Of a DNA stretch of 64,000 nt, positions 19,536 through 29,490 are shown piece after piece. This stretch comes from Abditibacterium sp. (GTDB lineage Bacteria > Armatimonadota > Abditibacteriia > Abditibacteriales > Abditibacteriaceae): contig CBDASK010000003.1 in NCBI GenBank assembly GCA_965199495.1, forward strand, positions 256,001 through 320,000. The letters are read 5' to 3'. A program made the translations under genes and the position numbers. How positions within the stretch are numbered: the first letter of the stretch is position 1; the number at the start of each line of letters is the position of its first letter. The notes beneath the pieces were generated by a model. It saw only the letters and a list, made by a program, of their open reading frames with translations, made no database searches and was not told the DNA's origin.

Positions 19536-19830
19536 AATCGCCGGGGCGATGCACGAAATGATGTCCGACTTTCACGAAATCGGCATTGTGTCAAAAAGCA
19601 CGATGCGCGAGTTCGATGAGTTGTGTCTGACGACCATCGAAAAGTTGGCGCCCGACGAAATCAAAGCGGTGCGCGAGCAAACGGCGGTCAGCCAGACCGT
19701 TTTCGCGCGCTATCTGGGCGTGACGCCCGGTTTGGTTTCGCAGTGGGAGCGCGGCGAGCGCAAGCCGAGCGGCCCGGCGCTCAAATTGTTGAATCTGGTC
19801 AAAAACAAAGGTTTAGATTGCATCGCGTGA
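19516..19830 (+). CDS. HTH (Xre) antitoxin, HigA-like
   Basis: TMREFDELC, SQTVFARYLGV...VSQWERGERKPSG; overlaps the toxin gene. Confidence 0.88.
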   Translation: MKTYKSEIAGAMHEMMSDFHEIGIVSKSTMREFDELCLTTIEKLAPDEIKAVREQTAVSQTVFARYLGVTPGLVSQWERGERKPSGPALKLLNLVKNKGLDCIA

Positions 19831-19839
19831 ATCCAAACC

Positions 19840-19874
19840 AAAGCGGCGAACCTTCAGGCGTTCGCCGCTTTTTT
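19840..19874 (+). terminator. Rho-independent terminator
   Basis: AAAGCGGCGAAC-loop-GTTCGCCGCTTTTTT. Confidence 0.7.
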
Positions 19875-21170
19875 GTGGGAGGCTCGTTTGTCCAACGCGT
19901 CCGAAATCGGTTCGGAGAAACGCGTGAGAACCGGGCCGACGACCGCGAGAATTAAGACGTAAGCCGCCGCAATCGGCGCCAGTTGCGGCTCGGCGCTCGC
20001 GCCCAATCCGGCGATAATGATGGAAAACTCGCCGCGCGAAACCAAAGTCAAGCCCGCGCGCAAGCAGCCACGGGCGCCGATGCCTTCCCATTTGGCGACT
20101 TTCCAGCCGGTAAATATTTTGGTCGAAGCCGTAAAAATCGCTAATCCAATCGCGACGGGCAATGCGGGCGGCAAAGTGCCGGGATCGATTTGCAAACCGA
20201 CGAACAGGAAAAAGGTCGCCGCGAACAAATCGCGGAGCGGCGATAATAATTCGCGCGCTTTGTCGGCGACGCTGCCCGACAAAGCGAGGCCAACCAGAAA
20301 TGCGCCGACGCCCGCCGAAACTTGCAGCATTTGCGAGACGCCCGCGACCACCAAAATCAAGCCGAACACCGACAGCAAAACGACTTCGTCCGAGGCGTGC
20401 GAGACCGCTTTGGACAAGCGTTCGCCGAACTTGAGCGCCAATAGCAACACAACTGAAACCGTGACGAGGGCGATGCCGATGGAAATCGAGCCGCGCAAAA
20501 AGCCCTGGCCCAATAACAAAACCGCGACGAGCGGCAGATAGACCGCCATCGCCAAATCTTCCAAAACCAAAAGCGTTAGAATCGGCGGCGTTTCGCGGTT
20601 GCCGACGCGGTTGAGGTCGCCCAGAACTTTGGCGATAATCGAAGACGACGAAATATAAGTCACGCCACCGAGCAAAAGCGCGCCGACGAACGACCAACCG
20701 AGCAAAAATCCCAGCGCCATTCCGGGCAATAAATTGAGCGCCAAATCCAAAGCGCCGCCGCGCGCGCCGCGTTTTAATCCGTTGGATAATTCTTCGCCGG
20801 TATATTCGAGGCCGAGCATGAAGAGCAGCAAAACCACGCCGATTTCGGCGCCGGTTTCGATGAACCCGGCGCTGACCGGCAGTTTGACGAATCCGCCGAC
20901 GCCCAAAAATAAGCCCGCCAATAAATAAAGTGGAATTGGCGTGAGGCCGACGCGCGAGGCCAAGCGCGCCAGAAACGCGAGTGCGATGATGACGATGCCC
21001 AGTTCGACAAACAGTTCGGCGGTGTGCGCCAGCGTTTCGGCGGCGGGCGAGGGCGCGCCACCAACGGGCGCGTTGGCCACGCCGACGGCATTAGCCACGG
21101 CGTCGGCCACCGATTCGGGCGGAGCCGCGTTTTCCAGAACGCCGTCATCGGCGATGAATTGAAGCGGCAT
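19854..21170 (-). CDS. Cation:proton antiporter, CPA2 family (KhtU/YhaU-like)
   Basis: LLFMLGLEY, ISSSSIIAKVL, LVLEDL, PLRDLF and RGEFSI motifs. Confidence 0.9.
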   Translation of the reverse strand: MPLQFIADDGVLENAAPPESVADAVANAVGVANAPVGGAPSPAAETLAHTAELFVELGIVIIALAFLARLASRVGLTPIPLYLLAGLFLGVGGFVKLPVSAGFIETGAEIGVVLLLFMLGLEYTGEELSNGLKRGARGGALDLALNLLPGMALGFLLGWSFVGALLLGGVTYISSSSIIAKVLGDLNRVGNRETPPILTLLVLEDLAMAVYLPLVAVLLLGQGFLRGSISIGIALVTVSVVLLLALKFGERLSKAVSHASDEVVLLSVFGLILVVAGVSQMLQVSAGVGAFLVGLALSGSVADKARELLSPLRDLFAATFFLFVGLQIDPGTLPPALPVAIGLAIFTASTKIFTGWKVAKWEGIGARGCLRAGLTLVSRGEFSIIIAGLGASAEPQLAPIAAAYVLILAVVGPVLTRFSEPISDALDKRASHKKAANA

Positions 21171-21179
21171 GAACTTCCT

Positions 21180-21677
21180 TTAGTCGCAACGCCCGTTTTG
21201 CAACAGTTGATGCGCGCGCACGACGCACGACGGCGCGCCGACAATAACCGCCGTATCGCCCGCGCGCAAACGAAAATTGCCGTCGTTAATTGGAATCGGC
21301 TCGCCGTGACGCATAATCGCGACGACAACCACGCCGGTTTCGTCGTAGATGCGCGTATCGGCGATGGAAAGCCCGCTGCACTTCCAATCGGGCGCAATCA
21401 TCAGCCAGTCCAAAGCCATGCCGTCCACTTCGTTGCGCACGCGATGCTGCTCGATTTGCACTTGGGGGCGCGCGCCCAACAAATCGGCGAGCGTTTCGGC
21501 ATCGTCGGAGTCCAAACGGATCGAGCGCGCGCATGCGTCGGGATCGTTGGCCGAGAAAATCAACAAATCTAAACGGCCCGAACGATGGGTAATCGCGCCC
21601 AAACGCTCGCCACTTTTGGTCTCAAATTCGTGCCGCACGCCCACGCCGGGGAGGGTGGTTTCCTTAATTCTGGTCAT
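21180..21677 (-). CDS. Antiporter regulatory subunit with TrkA-C domain (KhtT/YhaT-like)
   Basis: IKETTLPGVGVRHEF N-terminus and a C-terminal RCK_C-like segment; adjacent to the CPA2 gene. Confidence 0.88.
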   Translation of the reverse strand: MTRIKETTLPGVGVRHEFETKSGERLGAITHRSGRLDLLIFSANDPDACARSIRLDSDDAETLADLLGARPQVQIEQHRVRNEVDGMALDWLMIAPDWKCSGLSIADTRIYDETGVVVVAIMRHGEPIPINDGNFRLRAGDTAVIVGAPSCVVRAHQLLQNGRCD

Positions 21678-21749
21678 AGTGATAGGGGAAGCATAACCGA
21701 TACAGCGCGTTCCGGCAGCAGTTGCAAGACAGCAGTAAAATAGAAAGCC

Positions 21750-22655
21750 ATGTCATTATCGCTTCATAACGCCGTCGTGCCGGTGGCTGGTCTGGGCACG
21801 CGGATGTTGCCCGCCACCAAATCGCAGCCCAAAGAGATGCTGCCCGTCGGCAAACGTCCGGTCGTGCAATATATCGTCGAGGAACTCGAAAGCAACGGCT
21901 TCAACCGTATCTGTTTCGTGACGGGCGCGGGCAAACATTCCATCGAAAATCACTTCGATTTCGACCCGACATTAATTCGGCATCTGCGCGAAACCGGCAA
22001 AGAAGAGTTGCTCGAAGAACTCGAATTCGAGCGCAAAGATTTGCGGTTTTTCTACACGCGCCAACGCACGCAGGCCGGTTTGGGCGACGCGATTAAGCAC
22101 GCGCGCGAGTTCGCCGGACGCGCGCCGTTCGCGGTCGCGCTGGGCGATTCGATTCTGGGCCGTCACGCGCAAAGCCGCACGCTTTCGATGATGCGCGATG
22201 TGTTTCTCGATAACTCGTGCGCCGCCGTCGTGGCGTTCGAGACGGTGCCCATCGAAGAAGTCCACCAATACGGCATCGCCGCGCCAGCAGCCACGCCGGA
22301 GCCGGGCGCGGCATTTCGCCTCCGCGATGTCATCGAAAAGCCCGCGCGCGCAGACGCACCCTCGCAACTGGCGATTGCCGCGCGCTACATTTTCGCGCCG
22401 CAAATCTTCGAGGCTTTGGACGAAACCAAACCGGGCAAAGGCGGCGAAATCCAATTGACCGACGCGATTCGCTTGCTCATTCGTGGCGGCGAAACCGTGT
22501 TGGGCGTGAGTTTGCCGCCGGGCGAAATGCGCTACGACATCGGCAACTTCACCTCGTATTTCGAGGCGTTCATCGAGTTCGCGTTGACCGATCCGCAATT
22601 AGGCGCAAAAATGCGCGATTTCACCCGCGATTTGTTGGAGCGCGAAGGGGCGTAA
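21750..22655 (+). CDS. UTP-sugar-1-phosphate uridylyltransferase (GalU-like)
   Basis: PVAGLGTRMLPATKSQPKEMLP, GLGDAI, LGD and GEIQLTDAI motifs. Confidence 0.9.
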   Translation: MSLSLHNAVVPVAGLGTRMLPATKSQPKEMLPVGKRPVVQYIVEELESNGFNRICFVTGAGKHSIENHFDFDPTLIRHLRETGKEELLEELEFERKDLRFFYTRQRTQAGLGDAIKHAREFAGRAPFAVALGDSILGRHAQSRTLSMMRDVFLDNSCAAVVAFETVPIEEVHQYGIAAPAATPEPGAAFRLRDVIEKPARADAPSQLAIAARYIFAPQIFEALDETKPGKGGEIQLTDAIRLLIRGGETVLGVSLPPGEMRYDIGNFTSYFEAFIEFALTDPQLGAKMRDFTRDLLEREGA

Positions 22656-22656
22656 T

Positions 22657-23658
22657 ATGAAAATTATCACCGAACGCGCTTACGCCCGCGCGGCGTTAGC
22701 TGGCAATCCGTCCGACGGTTACGGTGGCAAAACCATCTCGCTGACGATGAATAATTACGCCGCCAAAGTCGTCGTTTACGAGTGGCCCGAACTCGAAATT
22801 ATTCCCTCGGCTTCGGAAGGCGTGCAGTTTCGCTCGCTGGCCGATTTAAATCTCGATGTCGGGCGCAACGGCTATTACGGCGCGTTGCGCTTGGTCAAGG
22901 CTTCGATTAAACGCTTTTACGATTATTGCGTCGAACACAACGTGGATTTGCCCGACCAAAATTTCTCGATTCGTTACGAAACCGATGTGCCGCGCGGCGT
23001 CGGCATGGCGGGCAGTTCGGCGATTATCGTGGCGACGTTTCGCGCCTTGATGCACTTTTATGGCGTCGAAATTCCCCAGCCGATTTTGCCGAATTGGATT
23101 TTGAGCGTTGAGAAATCCGAATTGGGCATCGAAGGCGGTTTGCAGGATCGCGTCGCGCAGGTTTACGGCGGATTGACCTATATGAATTTCGACGCCGACT
23201 TCACCGCGCGCCACAGCCACGGCGACTACATTTCGCTCGATGCGGCGCGGTTGCCGCCGCTTTATCTGGCGTATCAAACCGAATTGGCCGAACCATCGGA
23301 TGTCGTTCACAACGATTTGCGCGCGCGCTACAACGCGGGCGACAAAGCCGTTCACGCCGCGATGGACGAACTGGCGAACATTACCGAAGCGGCGCGCGCT
23401 GCCATCGAAGGCGGTGACGTGGCTGCTCTTGCGCGCCAGATCAACGCGAATTTTGATGTGCGCGACCGCATCATGAAAGTCGTGCCCGGCCACAAAGCGA
23501 TGATTATGGCGGCGCGTGGCGCGGGCGCCAGCGCCAACTTCGCCGGGTCGGGTGGCGCGATTTTGGGCACATGGAGTGGCGAGCGCATTGACTTCGAGCG
23601 TTTAAAAGAAGCGTTGGGCGCGTTGGGTTGCAAAGTTATCGTGCCGGTTGTCGAATGA
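22657..23658 (+). CDS. GHMP kinase, glucuronokinase-like
   Basis: AYARAALAGNPSDGYGGKTIS, PRGVGMAGSSA, GLQDRVAQVYGGL and FAGSGGA motifs. Confidence 0.8.
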   Translation: MKIITERAYARAALAGNPSDGYGGKTISLTMNNYAAKVVVYEWPELEIIPSASEGVQFRSLADLNLDVGRNGYYGALRLVKASIKRFYDYCVEHNVDLPDQNFSIRYETDVPRGVGMAGSSAIIVATFRALMHFYGVEIPQPILPNWILSVEKSELGIEGGLQDRVAQVYGGLTYMNFDADFTARHSHGDYISLDAARLPPLYLAYQTELAEPSDVVHNDLRARYNAGDKAVHAAMDELANITEAARAAIEGGDVAALARQINANFDVRDRIMKVVPGHKAMIMAARGAGASANFAGSGGAILGTWSGERIDFERLKEALGALGCKVIVPVVE

Positions 23659-23685
23659 AAACATATAGAAAATTATATTATTAAT

Positions 23686-24330
23686 TTACAAAGTCATCGT
23701 CTCCACAATCCCCGCGACTCCCTCGCCGTCAAAGGCGTAAAATTCGACCGCGCCCGCATCAAAATCGGCGAGGGCGAAACATGGATTGCTCCAAGCGGGC
23801 AATGCGCCCGCGTTGATCCAAGTGAGCGGCCCAAACCGCTTGACCATTCGTTGATGCGTATGTCCACCGACGGCAAATCGAAATGTGCCCGCCCACATCA
23901 ACGATTGCAGTTCTTCGTTGCATTCGAGCGCATATCCATAATCGTTGGGCGTCAGTTTGTTCATGTCGTTTTCGCCGACGCCGTGGCACAGCAACAGCGA
24001 ACCGCGTATCGTCTCGAAACTCAAAGTGCGCGGCAGATTTCGCAGAAACGCCAGCGCGTTTGCGCTTAAAAGTTCGCGCGCGACCGAACCTTCGAGATCG
24101 CGCATTTCGTTGTTCAAAAGCCAACGGTCGTGATTGCCGCGCACCGTAGCCACGTCGAAGGCGCGTAATAATTCGCAACACCTTTCGCCATCGCCAAATC
24201 CGTCCACGATGTCGCCGGCGCACAAAATTCGCTCGATATTTTGCGCATTCAGAAAGCGCAACGCGTTTTCTAATTTAAGGTCGCACGCGTGAACATCGCC
24301 GATAAGACCGACGCGAGAAAAGGATTTCAT
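23686..24330 (-). CDS. Calcineurin-like metallophosphoesterase
   Basis: GDVH, AGDIVD, GNHD, HG and GHTH motifs. Start at ATG 24330. Confidence 0.85.
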   Translation of the reverse strand: MKSFSRVGLIGDVHACDLKLENALRFLNAQNIERILCAGDIVDGFGDGERCCELLRAFDVATVRGNHDRWLLNNEMRDLEGSVARELLSANALAFLRNLPRTLSFETIRGSLLLCHGVGENDMNKLTPNDYGYALECNEELQSLMWAGTFRFAVGGHTHQRMVKRFGPLTWINAGALPAWSNPCFALADFDAGAVEFYAFDGEGVAGIVETMTL

Positions 24331-24412
24331 TGACTTTAGTTTAAATCGTCTTTTTATTAACGATTGTTCACCTGCGCCCTGCGTTCTCTGCGCACCATTC
24401 CATTTTTTGAAA

Positions 24413-25624
24413 TCAATTTCCGATATGAAACTTGCGCGCGTCCTTGTCGAACGTAGCAGCCACGCCCAAGGCCTTGGCGCTTTCGACGAGTGGCACATAA
24501 AGCGATTTTTCGCCGCGCGTGTTGGGAATCAGAATTGGAGCGGCGGGTAAATTGACTTCGCTCGCCAACTTGCCGGTTTGCATCGTGACCATCGAAGCCG
24601 AACCGGGCGTGAAGCTAATGCGCTTGGCGCCGCGCCGAATCGAGGCGCGTCCAGTTTTGGCGTCGTAAGTCGTGATGGGCTGCGATTTGTCGCCGCTTTG
24701 CCCGACGCGTTGGGCCAGATAGCTGAAACTTACGAATGCCACGCCTTCTTTAACAAAACCCTGCGGCGCGTTGTCAGCCACCTTTTCGATGGTGCCCGCG
24801 CCGTTGCCCACACGCACCGTCACCAAATTATCGAACGTTTTCTCATCCAACATCAGGCTATTGACGGGCCACTCGACCATCCAGAACGGCATGACGCGCT
24901 TGATGCCGATGGTCGCCGTGGATTGCGCTTGCCAGTTCGTCCAACTGTGCCGCAAAATCGCCACGCCGTTTTTGGTTTCGACCGTCGGCTTCCAATGCGT
25001 CGGACGCTCGGCGTTTTCGGGCCATTCCGACGCGCTGACCATCCACAAACCCGACAATGGAATCCGCACTTCGAGATCGGAGCGCCCAACCAAACCCTTC
25101 CAATTTTTGCCGGTAAAATTGTAGGACATCGCTTCATTGACCGCCCATTCGACCGAACCACCCAACGCGGAAAGTGCTGTCACGCGCACTTTTTTGGTTT
25201 CGCGCGGACGAAACGCGACAGTTTTGATCCACCAAATATCGTGATCCGAATCCTTGCCTTTGACGACGGTGCGCGTGGCTTTAACCGTCGCGCCATTGAC
25301 CGTTGTAGCGAAACGCAGAAAGCCCGATTGCTTTTTATCCTCGTTTTCTTCCCAACCGTCGCCATAATTGCTTTCGGGAAACCCCATGCGCACCGTCACC
25401 GCGCGCGACGAATCGTTGACGAACACGAAATTGGCGTCCGTCGCGAATTGCGTCTCATTTTTGAGGGTGAGAATCACTTTCTCGCTTTCCATGCGAATGG
25501 CCGAATTTTCGCCCGTGGAAAGCGTCGGCGAACCCAGAACGCCGGAAAATGAGGCGTCGTTGGCTTTGACTGAAACGGTTAAAAGTAGCAGCGAAAGAGT
25601 AGCCGTGAAATAGGAAAGTTTCAT
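24413..25624 (-). CDS. Secreted protein (DUF4424-like N-terminus; C-terminus resembles copper amine oxidase N-domain)
   Basis: Signal peptide, IRMESEKV...F.FVN...MGFP, and a C-terminal YVPL...ALG...FD segment. Confidence 0.6.
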   Translation of the reverse strand: MKLSYFTATLSLLLLTVSVKANDASFSGVLGSPTLSTGENSAIRMESEKVILTLKNETQFATDANFVFVNDSSRAVTVRMGFPESNYGDGWEENEDKKQSGFLRFATTVNGATVKATRTVVKGKDSDHDIWWIKTVAFRPRETKKVRVTALSALGGSVEWAVNEAMSYNFTGKNWKGLVGRSDLEVRIPLSGLWMVSASEWPENAERPTHWKPTVETKNGVAILRHSWTNWQAQSTATIGIKRVMPFWMVEWPVNSLMLDEKTFDNLVTVRVGNGAGTIEKVADNAPQGFVKEGVAFVSFSYLAQRVGQSGDKSQPITTYDAKTGRASIRRGAKRISFTPGSASMVTMQTGKLASEVNLPAAPILIPNTRGEKSLYVPLVESAKALGVAATFDKDARKFHIGN

Positions 25625-25838
25625 AATCTGATTTCACATTGTAACACGAAACAAATCAAATGTTTTGAGAAATTTAACGGAGAGAAGATAAGACACATAT
25701 TTCGCGAGGAGCGAATTAAACCGACAACAGCGCCGTGGCTGCTGTATCATTCCACAAACTTCGCGCGAAAATGAGACGACAAACGCGCGAGTTTCGCTGC
25801 GGTGCATCCGGCAGAAACGAGCGATATTCACTGAGATT

Positions 25839-26252
25839 TCACCCATTTTCGTTTGGAAGAAAATAAAGGTCGAGATCAATCGAAAGATTCATATCGGCGA
25901 CGAGTTTCAAAGTTTTCGCGGATAAATGAATACCGGGCGTGAAATCTTGATGGTAGTAGACCGCTGCATTAAGCCCGCTACTCCAAAGTTCCGTTGCGGC
26001 TTTTATCGCTTCTTTGTGAGATTCAATTAAATGAAGTAACGCCTCGAAATGCCGCTCAATGTGAGCCGATGAATCCAAAGGGCTATACAATTGCCATTTA
26101 TGAACGCGATGAATCATCTTTGGAAATTGCGCGTTAGGCTGGCCCGGAATTCCAATGGAAGTTGGCTTCATACCAATCAGACGCGTAACCCCAGTAGCAT
26201 CTTCGCCGTAGTTCATAAACCATAAATAAACGCGAGTTTCGTCTTGTTTCAT
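25839..26252 (-). CDS. DUF4279-like protein
   Basis: VTRLIGMKPT...W.L.S...PGIHLS...LVADMNLSIDLDLY; visibly more AT-rich than its neighbours. Confidence 0.7.
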   Translation of the reverse strand: MKQDETRVYLWFMNYGEDATGVTRLIGMKPTSIGIPGQPNAQFPKMIHRVHKWQLYSPLDSSAHIERHFEALLHLIESHKEAIKAATELWSSGLNAAVYYHQDFTPGIHLSAKTLKLVADMNLSIDLDLYFLPNENG

Positions 26253-26265
26253 AATTTTCGCTTAC

Positions 26266-26304
26266 AAAAAAGCGAGGCCGGAAACTTTCGTTTCCGACCT
26301 CGCT
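26266..26304 (-). terminator. Rho-independent terminator after the RRM gene
   Basis: AGCGAGG.CGGAAAC / GTTTCCG.CCTCGCT hairpin followed by a U-tract on the minus strand. Confidence 0.7.
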
Positions 26305-26355
26305 TGCGAAGTTGATTTTTAAATCGCCCTTGAGCGACTTTGCCAATCGGTTTGA

Positions 26356-26823
26356 CTAACGGCGTCCGCCGCGTCCGCCGCCGCCGTAGCCGCCGCCGTC
26401 GCCACCTTCGTCGCGCTCGAAGCCACGATCATAACGGGGGCCGCTATCACGCTTGCCGCCGCCACCGCCGTAGCCGCCGCCACCGCCGCCGTAACCGCCA
26501 CCGCCGCCGCCGTAACCGCCACCGCCGCCACTACCACCGTAGCCACCGCCGCCGCCGCCAGTGCGCGGACGATCTTCTTTGGGACGGGCTTCGTTGACGA
26601 CCAACTGCAAACCATTAATGGAGTAGCCGTTGAACATCGAAACGGCGCCATCGGCCTCTTCGTCGCTGGACATTTCCACGAAGCCGAAGCCCTTGGAACG
26701 ACCGGAATCGCGTTCGGTGATAACCTGCGCGAAAGTAACGCTACCCGCCTGCGCGAAGAGTTCACTCAATTCGCCGTCACGGAAGCTATAGGGCAATTTG
26801 CCCACAAACAATCTCTTTCCCAT
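26356..26823 (-). CDS. RRM RNA-binding protein with Gly/Tyr-rich tail
   Basis: RNP2 LFVGKL, RNP1 KGFGFVEM, VNEARP and GGGGY repeats. Start at ATG 26823. Confidence 0.93.
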   Translation of the reverse strand: MGKRLFVGKLPYSFRDGELSELFAQAGSVTFAQVITERDSGRSKGFGFVEMSSDEEADGAVSMFNGYSINGLQLVVNEARPKEDRPRTGGGGGGYGGSGGGGGYGGGGGGYGGGGGGYGGGGGKRDSGPRYDRGFERDEGGDGGGYGGGGRGGRR

Positions 26824-27033
26824 ACTCGTATTTTTCTCGCTCTGTAATTGTCCGTCCGACTCTTTCAAAAGACTAACTCTCGCGCGGGAATTGGAACTTG
26901 CCTCTTCACACATCGGGCCACTCACTTCGAGCCGAAACGGGTCTCGCTTGCACTGTTCCCCAGCACCGCGAAACCGTCGCCCAGTGTATCACAAACGCGC
27001 GTAGCGCGTTGCAATCTTTAATTTTTTGCTTCC

Positions 27034-27130
27034 CGTAGAGACGCCGATTTATCGCGTCTAAAAACGTAGAAATTGCTTCAACACAACGACAATTCTGACG
27101 TTTTAGACGCGATAAATCGGCGTCTCTACG
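27034..27130. repeat. GTAG-type REP doublet
   Basis: CGTAGAGACGCCGATTTATCGCGTCTAAAA ... TTTTAGACGCGATAAATCGGCGTCTCTACG. Confidence 0.88.
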
Positions 27131-28822
27131 TTAGTTTTCTGCCCGATTGAGCGCGCTCAAAACCGCGCGAATCGAAGCGCGTTCAATCGAAGCATCCACG
27201 CCCGCGCCGAACACGCGCTCGCCGCCTTTCTCGATTTCGACATAAGCCGCCGCTTTGGCATCGGCGCCGCCCGACAACGAATGCTCGGAATACGAGACAA
27301 ACTTAAAATTCGGCGCGCCCGCCTCGTGCAATGCCGCGACAAACGCATCTATCGGGCCGTTGCCACTGCCGCAAAGTTCCAACGTTTCGCCGTCGCGCTG
27401 CACGCGCGCCTTGATATTCACGCCGTCATCGTCTTCGTTGGAGCGAAAGCTCTCGAACGCATAGGGCGAAGTTTTCTCCAAATACTCGCGTTTGAACAGC
27501 TCGTAAACCTCTTCTGCCGTGACTTCGGCGCCCGATTCATCGGCGTATTGGTTCATCAACTTGCCGAAATTGATTTTCATCGGTTTGGGCAAATCGAAAC
27601 CGTAGTTCTGTTCGAGCAGCCACGCCGCGCCGCCCTTGCCACTTTGCGAGTTATAGCGAATAATCGCCTTGTAATCGCGGCCAATATCGCGCGGGTCAAT
27701 CGGCAAATACGGCACGGCCCACGCGCCATCTTCGCTTTCTTTCTGCGCTTTCAAACCTTTGTCAATCGCATCTTGATGCGAACCCGAAAACGCCGTGAAC
27801 ACCAACTCGCCCGCATACGGCGAACGCGGCGACACTTCCATGCGCGTGGTGCGCTCGTAAACTTCGCGCACGCGCGGCAAATCCGAAAAATCCAATTTCG
27901 GATCAACGCCCTGCGAATACAAATTCAACGCCACGGTCACAATATCTAAATTGCCCGTCCGTTCTCCGTTGCCAAACAGCGTGCCCTCGACGCGCTGCGC
28001 GCCTGCCAGCAATGCCAGCTCGGTCGAAGCGACGCCGGTTCCCCGGTCGTTGTGCGTGTGCAGCGAAATAATCGCGCTTTCACGATTGGGCAAGTGGCGG
28101 CAAAACCATTCGATTTGATCAGCGTGAACGTTGGGCGTGGAACTTTCGACGGTCGTCGGCAAATTGATAATAATTTTCCGATCCGGCGTCGGCTCCCAGA
28201 CAGCAGCCACGGCGCTGCAAACTTCGAGCGAGAAATCTAACTCGGTCAAAACGAACGATTCGGGCGTGTATTCAAAAATCCAATCGGTTTCGGGATTTTC
28301 CGACGCCAATTGCTTCACCAGACGCGCGCCTTCGACGGCGATGTCGCGGATTTGCTCGCGCGTCATGCCGAACACGATGCGGCGTTGCGCCGGATTGGTC
28401 GAATTATAAATGTGAACGATGGCGCGCGTGGCTCCCTTCAGCGCCTCGAAAGTGCGACGAATGAGCGGTTCGCGGCACTGCACCAAAACCTGAACCGAAA
28501 CGTCATCGGGAACCCGATTTTCTTCGATCAAGCGGCGGCAAAACTCGAACTCGATGTCGGAAGCCGAAGGAAAACCGATCTCGATTTCCTTGAAGCCGAT
28601 TTCGCACAACAGCGCGAACATTTCCAATTTCTCTTCGACGCTCATCGGAATCGCCAGCGCCTGATTGCCGTCGCGCAAATCCACGCTGCACCAAATCGGC
28701 GCGTGAGTAATGTGCTTGTCGGGCCATGTTCTGTCGGGCAAGTCAACGCGCGGGAAAGCGCGATATTTCGCGGCGGGCGGAAGTTTGCCGCCCACCTTTT
28801 TTTGGTCAAATGTGTTGTTCAT
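27131..28822 (-). CDS. leuA: 2-isopropylmalate synthase (yeast/actinobacterial type)
   Basis: WCSVDLRDGNQAL, HTHNDRG, GNGERTGN, AFSGSHQDAI and NSQSGKGG motifs. Confidence 0.95.
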   Translation of the reverse strand: MNNTFDQKKVGGKLPPAAKYRAFPRVDLPDRTWPDKHITHAPIWCSVDLRDGNQALAIPMSVEEKLEMFALLCEIGFKEIEIGFPSASDIEFEFCRRLIEENRVPDDVSVQVLVQCREPLIRRTFEALKGATRAIVHIYNSTNPAQRRIVFGMTREQIRDIAVEGARLVKQLASENPETDWIFEYTPESFVLTELDFSLEVCSAVAAVWEPTPDRKIIINLPTTVESSTPNVHADQIEWFCRHLPNRESAIISLHTHNDRGTGVASTELALLAGAQRVEGTLFGNGERTGNLDIVTVALNLYSQGVDPKLDFSDLPRVREVYERTTRMEVSPRSPYAGELVFTAFSGSHQDAIDKGLKAQKESEDGAWAVPYLPIDPRDIGRDYKAIIRYNSQSGKGGAAWLLEQNYGFDLPKPMKINFGKLMNQYADESGAEVTAEEVYELFKREYLEKTSPYAFESFRSNEDDDGVNIKARVQRDGETLELCGSGNGPIDAFVAALHEAGAPNFKFVSYSEHSLSGGADAKAAAYVEIEKGGERVFGAGVDASIERASIRAVLSALNRAEN

Positions 28823-28983
28823 AGTTGTAGCAAACCTCCTTTTTCAGCGTTGCTTAGGAAGGGAGCAAATGGCGAATTTCTTCGCTCACCCGAAAGTATG
28901 GCAAAAAACCGCGACAAGACTGCCGCATTCGCGCGCCCAGAAATGGAAATAACGCCGGAAAATCGTCGGCTTCGTTGGAAATT

Positions 28984-29490
28984 TCAGCCTGACGAATTCA
29001 ATAATCGTTTGTTTTCAGCGCTTACGCGAAGCGAAGAAAAACACTCGCGGCAAGATTCCCGTAAATTCTCACCCATAAAGGGCAACAACTTTGGCAGACA
29101 ATCAGGACGGTTGCCCAACAATTGCTCGCAAATGCTGATGCCGACCAAATCTCTGACTTTCTGCTCATCGTCGCCCTGTAACTCTTCGATCCAATCCATA
29201 ATCTCCTGCAAGCGCACATGATTTTCCCCATCTTCAAGCAACTCAATCAGAAGAGCAAAAAGATTAATCTCGAAAACTAAATACGGCAATGACGGATTAA
29301 TTTCATCGTGACAAAGTTCGGGATTGCTGAATTGCAGTTCGCGCAAATACGCGATGTCTGTGGGCGAAAGCGGTTCTTTGCTTCCGCGCTGACACTGCGC
29401 CAGAAACGTTTCAATTTCGGGCTGACATTCGTCGGCGATTTCGGGCACGCGTTGGGCGAGTTCGGCGACTATGTTGTCGTAGTGGCTCAT
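28984..29490 (-). CDS. Hypothetical protein, translationally coupled to the PemK-like toxin
   Basis: ATG 29490 overlaps the toxin stop (ATGA); 168 aa, acidic and predicted helical. Confidence 0.65.
   Translation of the reverse strand: MSHYDNIVAELAQRVPEIADECQPEIETFLAQCQRGSKEPLSPTDIAYLRELQFSNPELCHDEINPSLPYLVFEINLFALLIELLEDGENHVRLQEIMDWIEELQGDDEQKVRDLVGISICEQLLGNRPDCLPKLLPFMGENLRESCRECFSSLRVSAENKRLLNSSG

Noticed and set aside
26375..26560. GCC/CCGTA-rich tandem repeats as a CRISPR array or VNTR
   Set aside because: They are the GGGGY-coding tail of the RRM protein, with no unique spacers.
28830..28980. Leucine attenuator or T-box upstream of leuA
   Set aside because: No Leu-rich leader peptide, T-box motif or clear terminator hairpin was found by eye.
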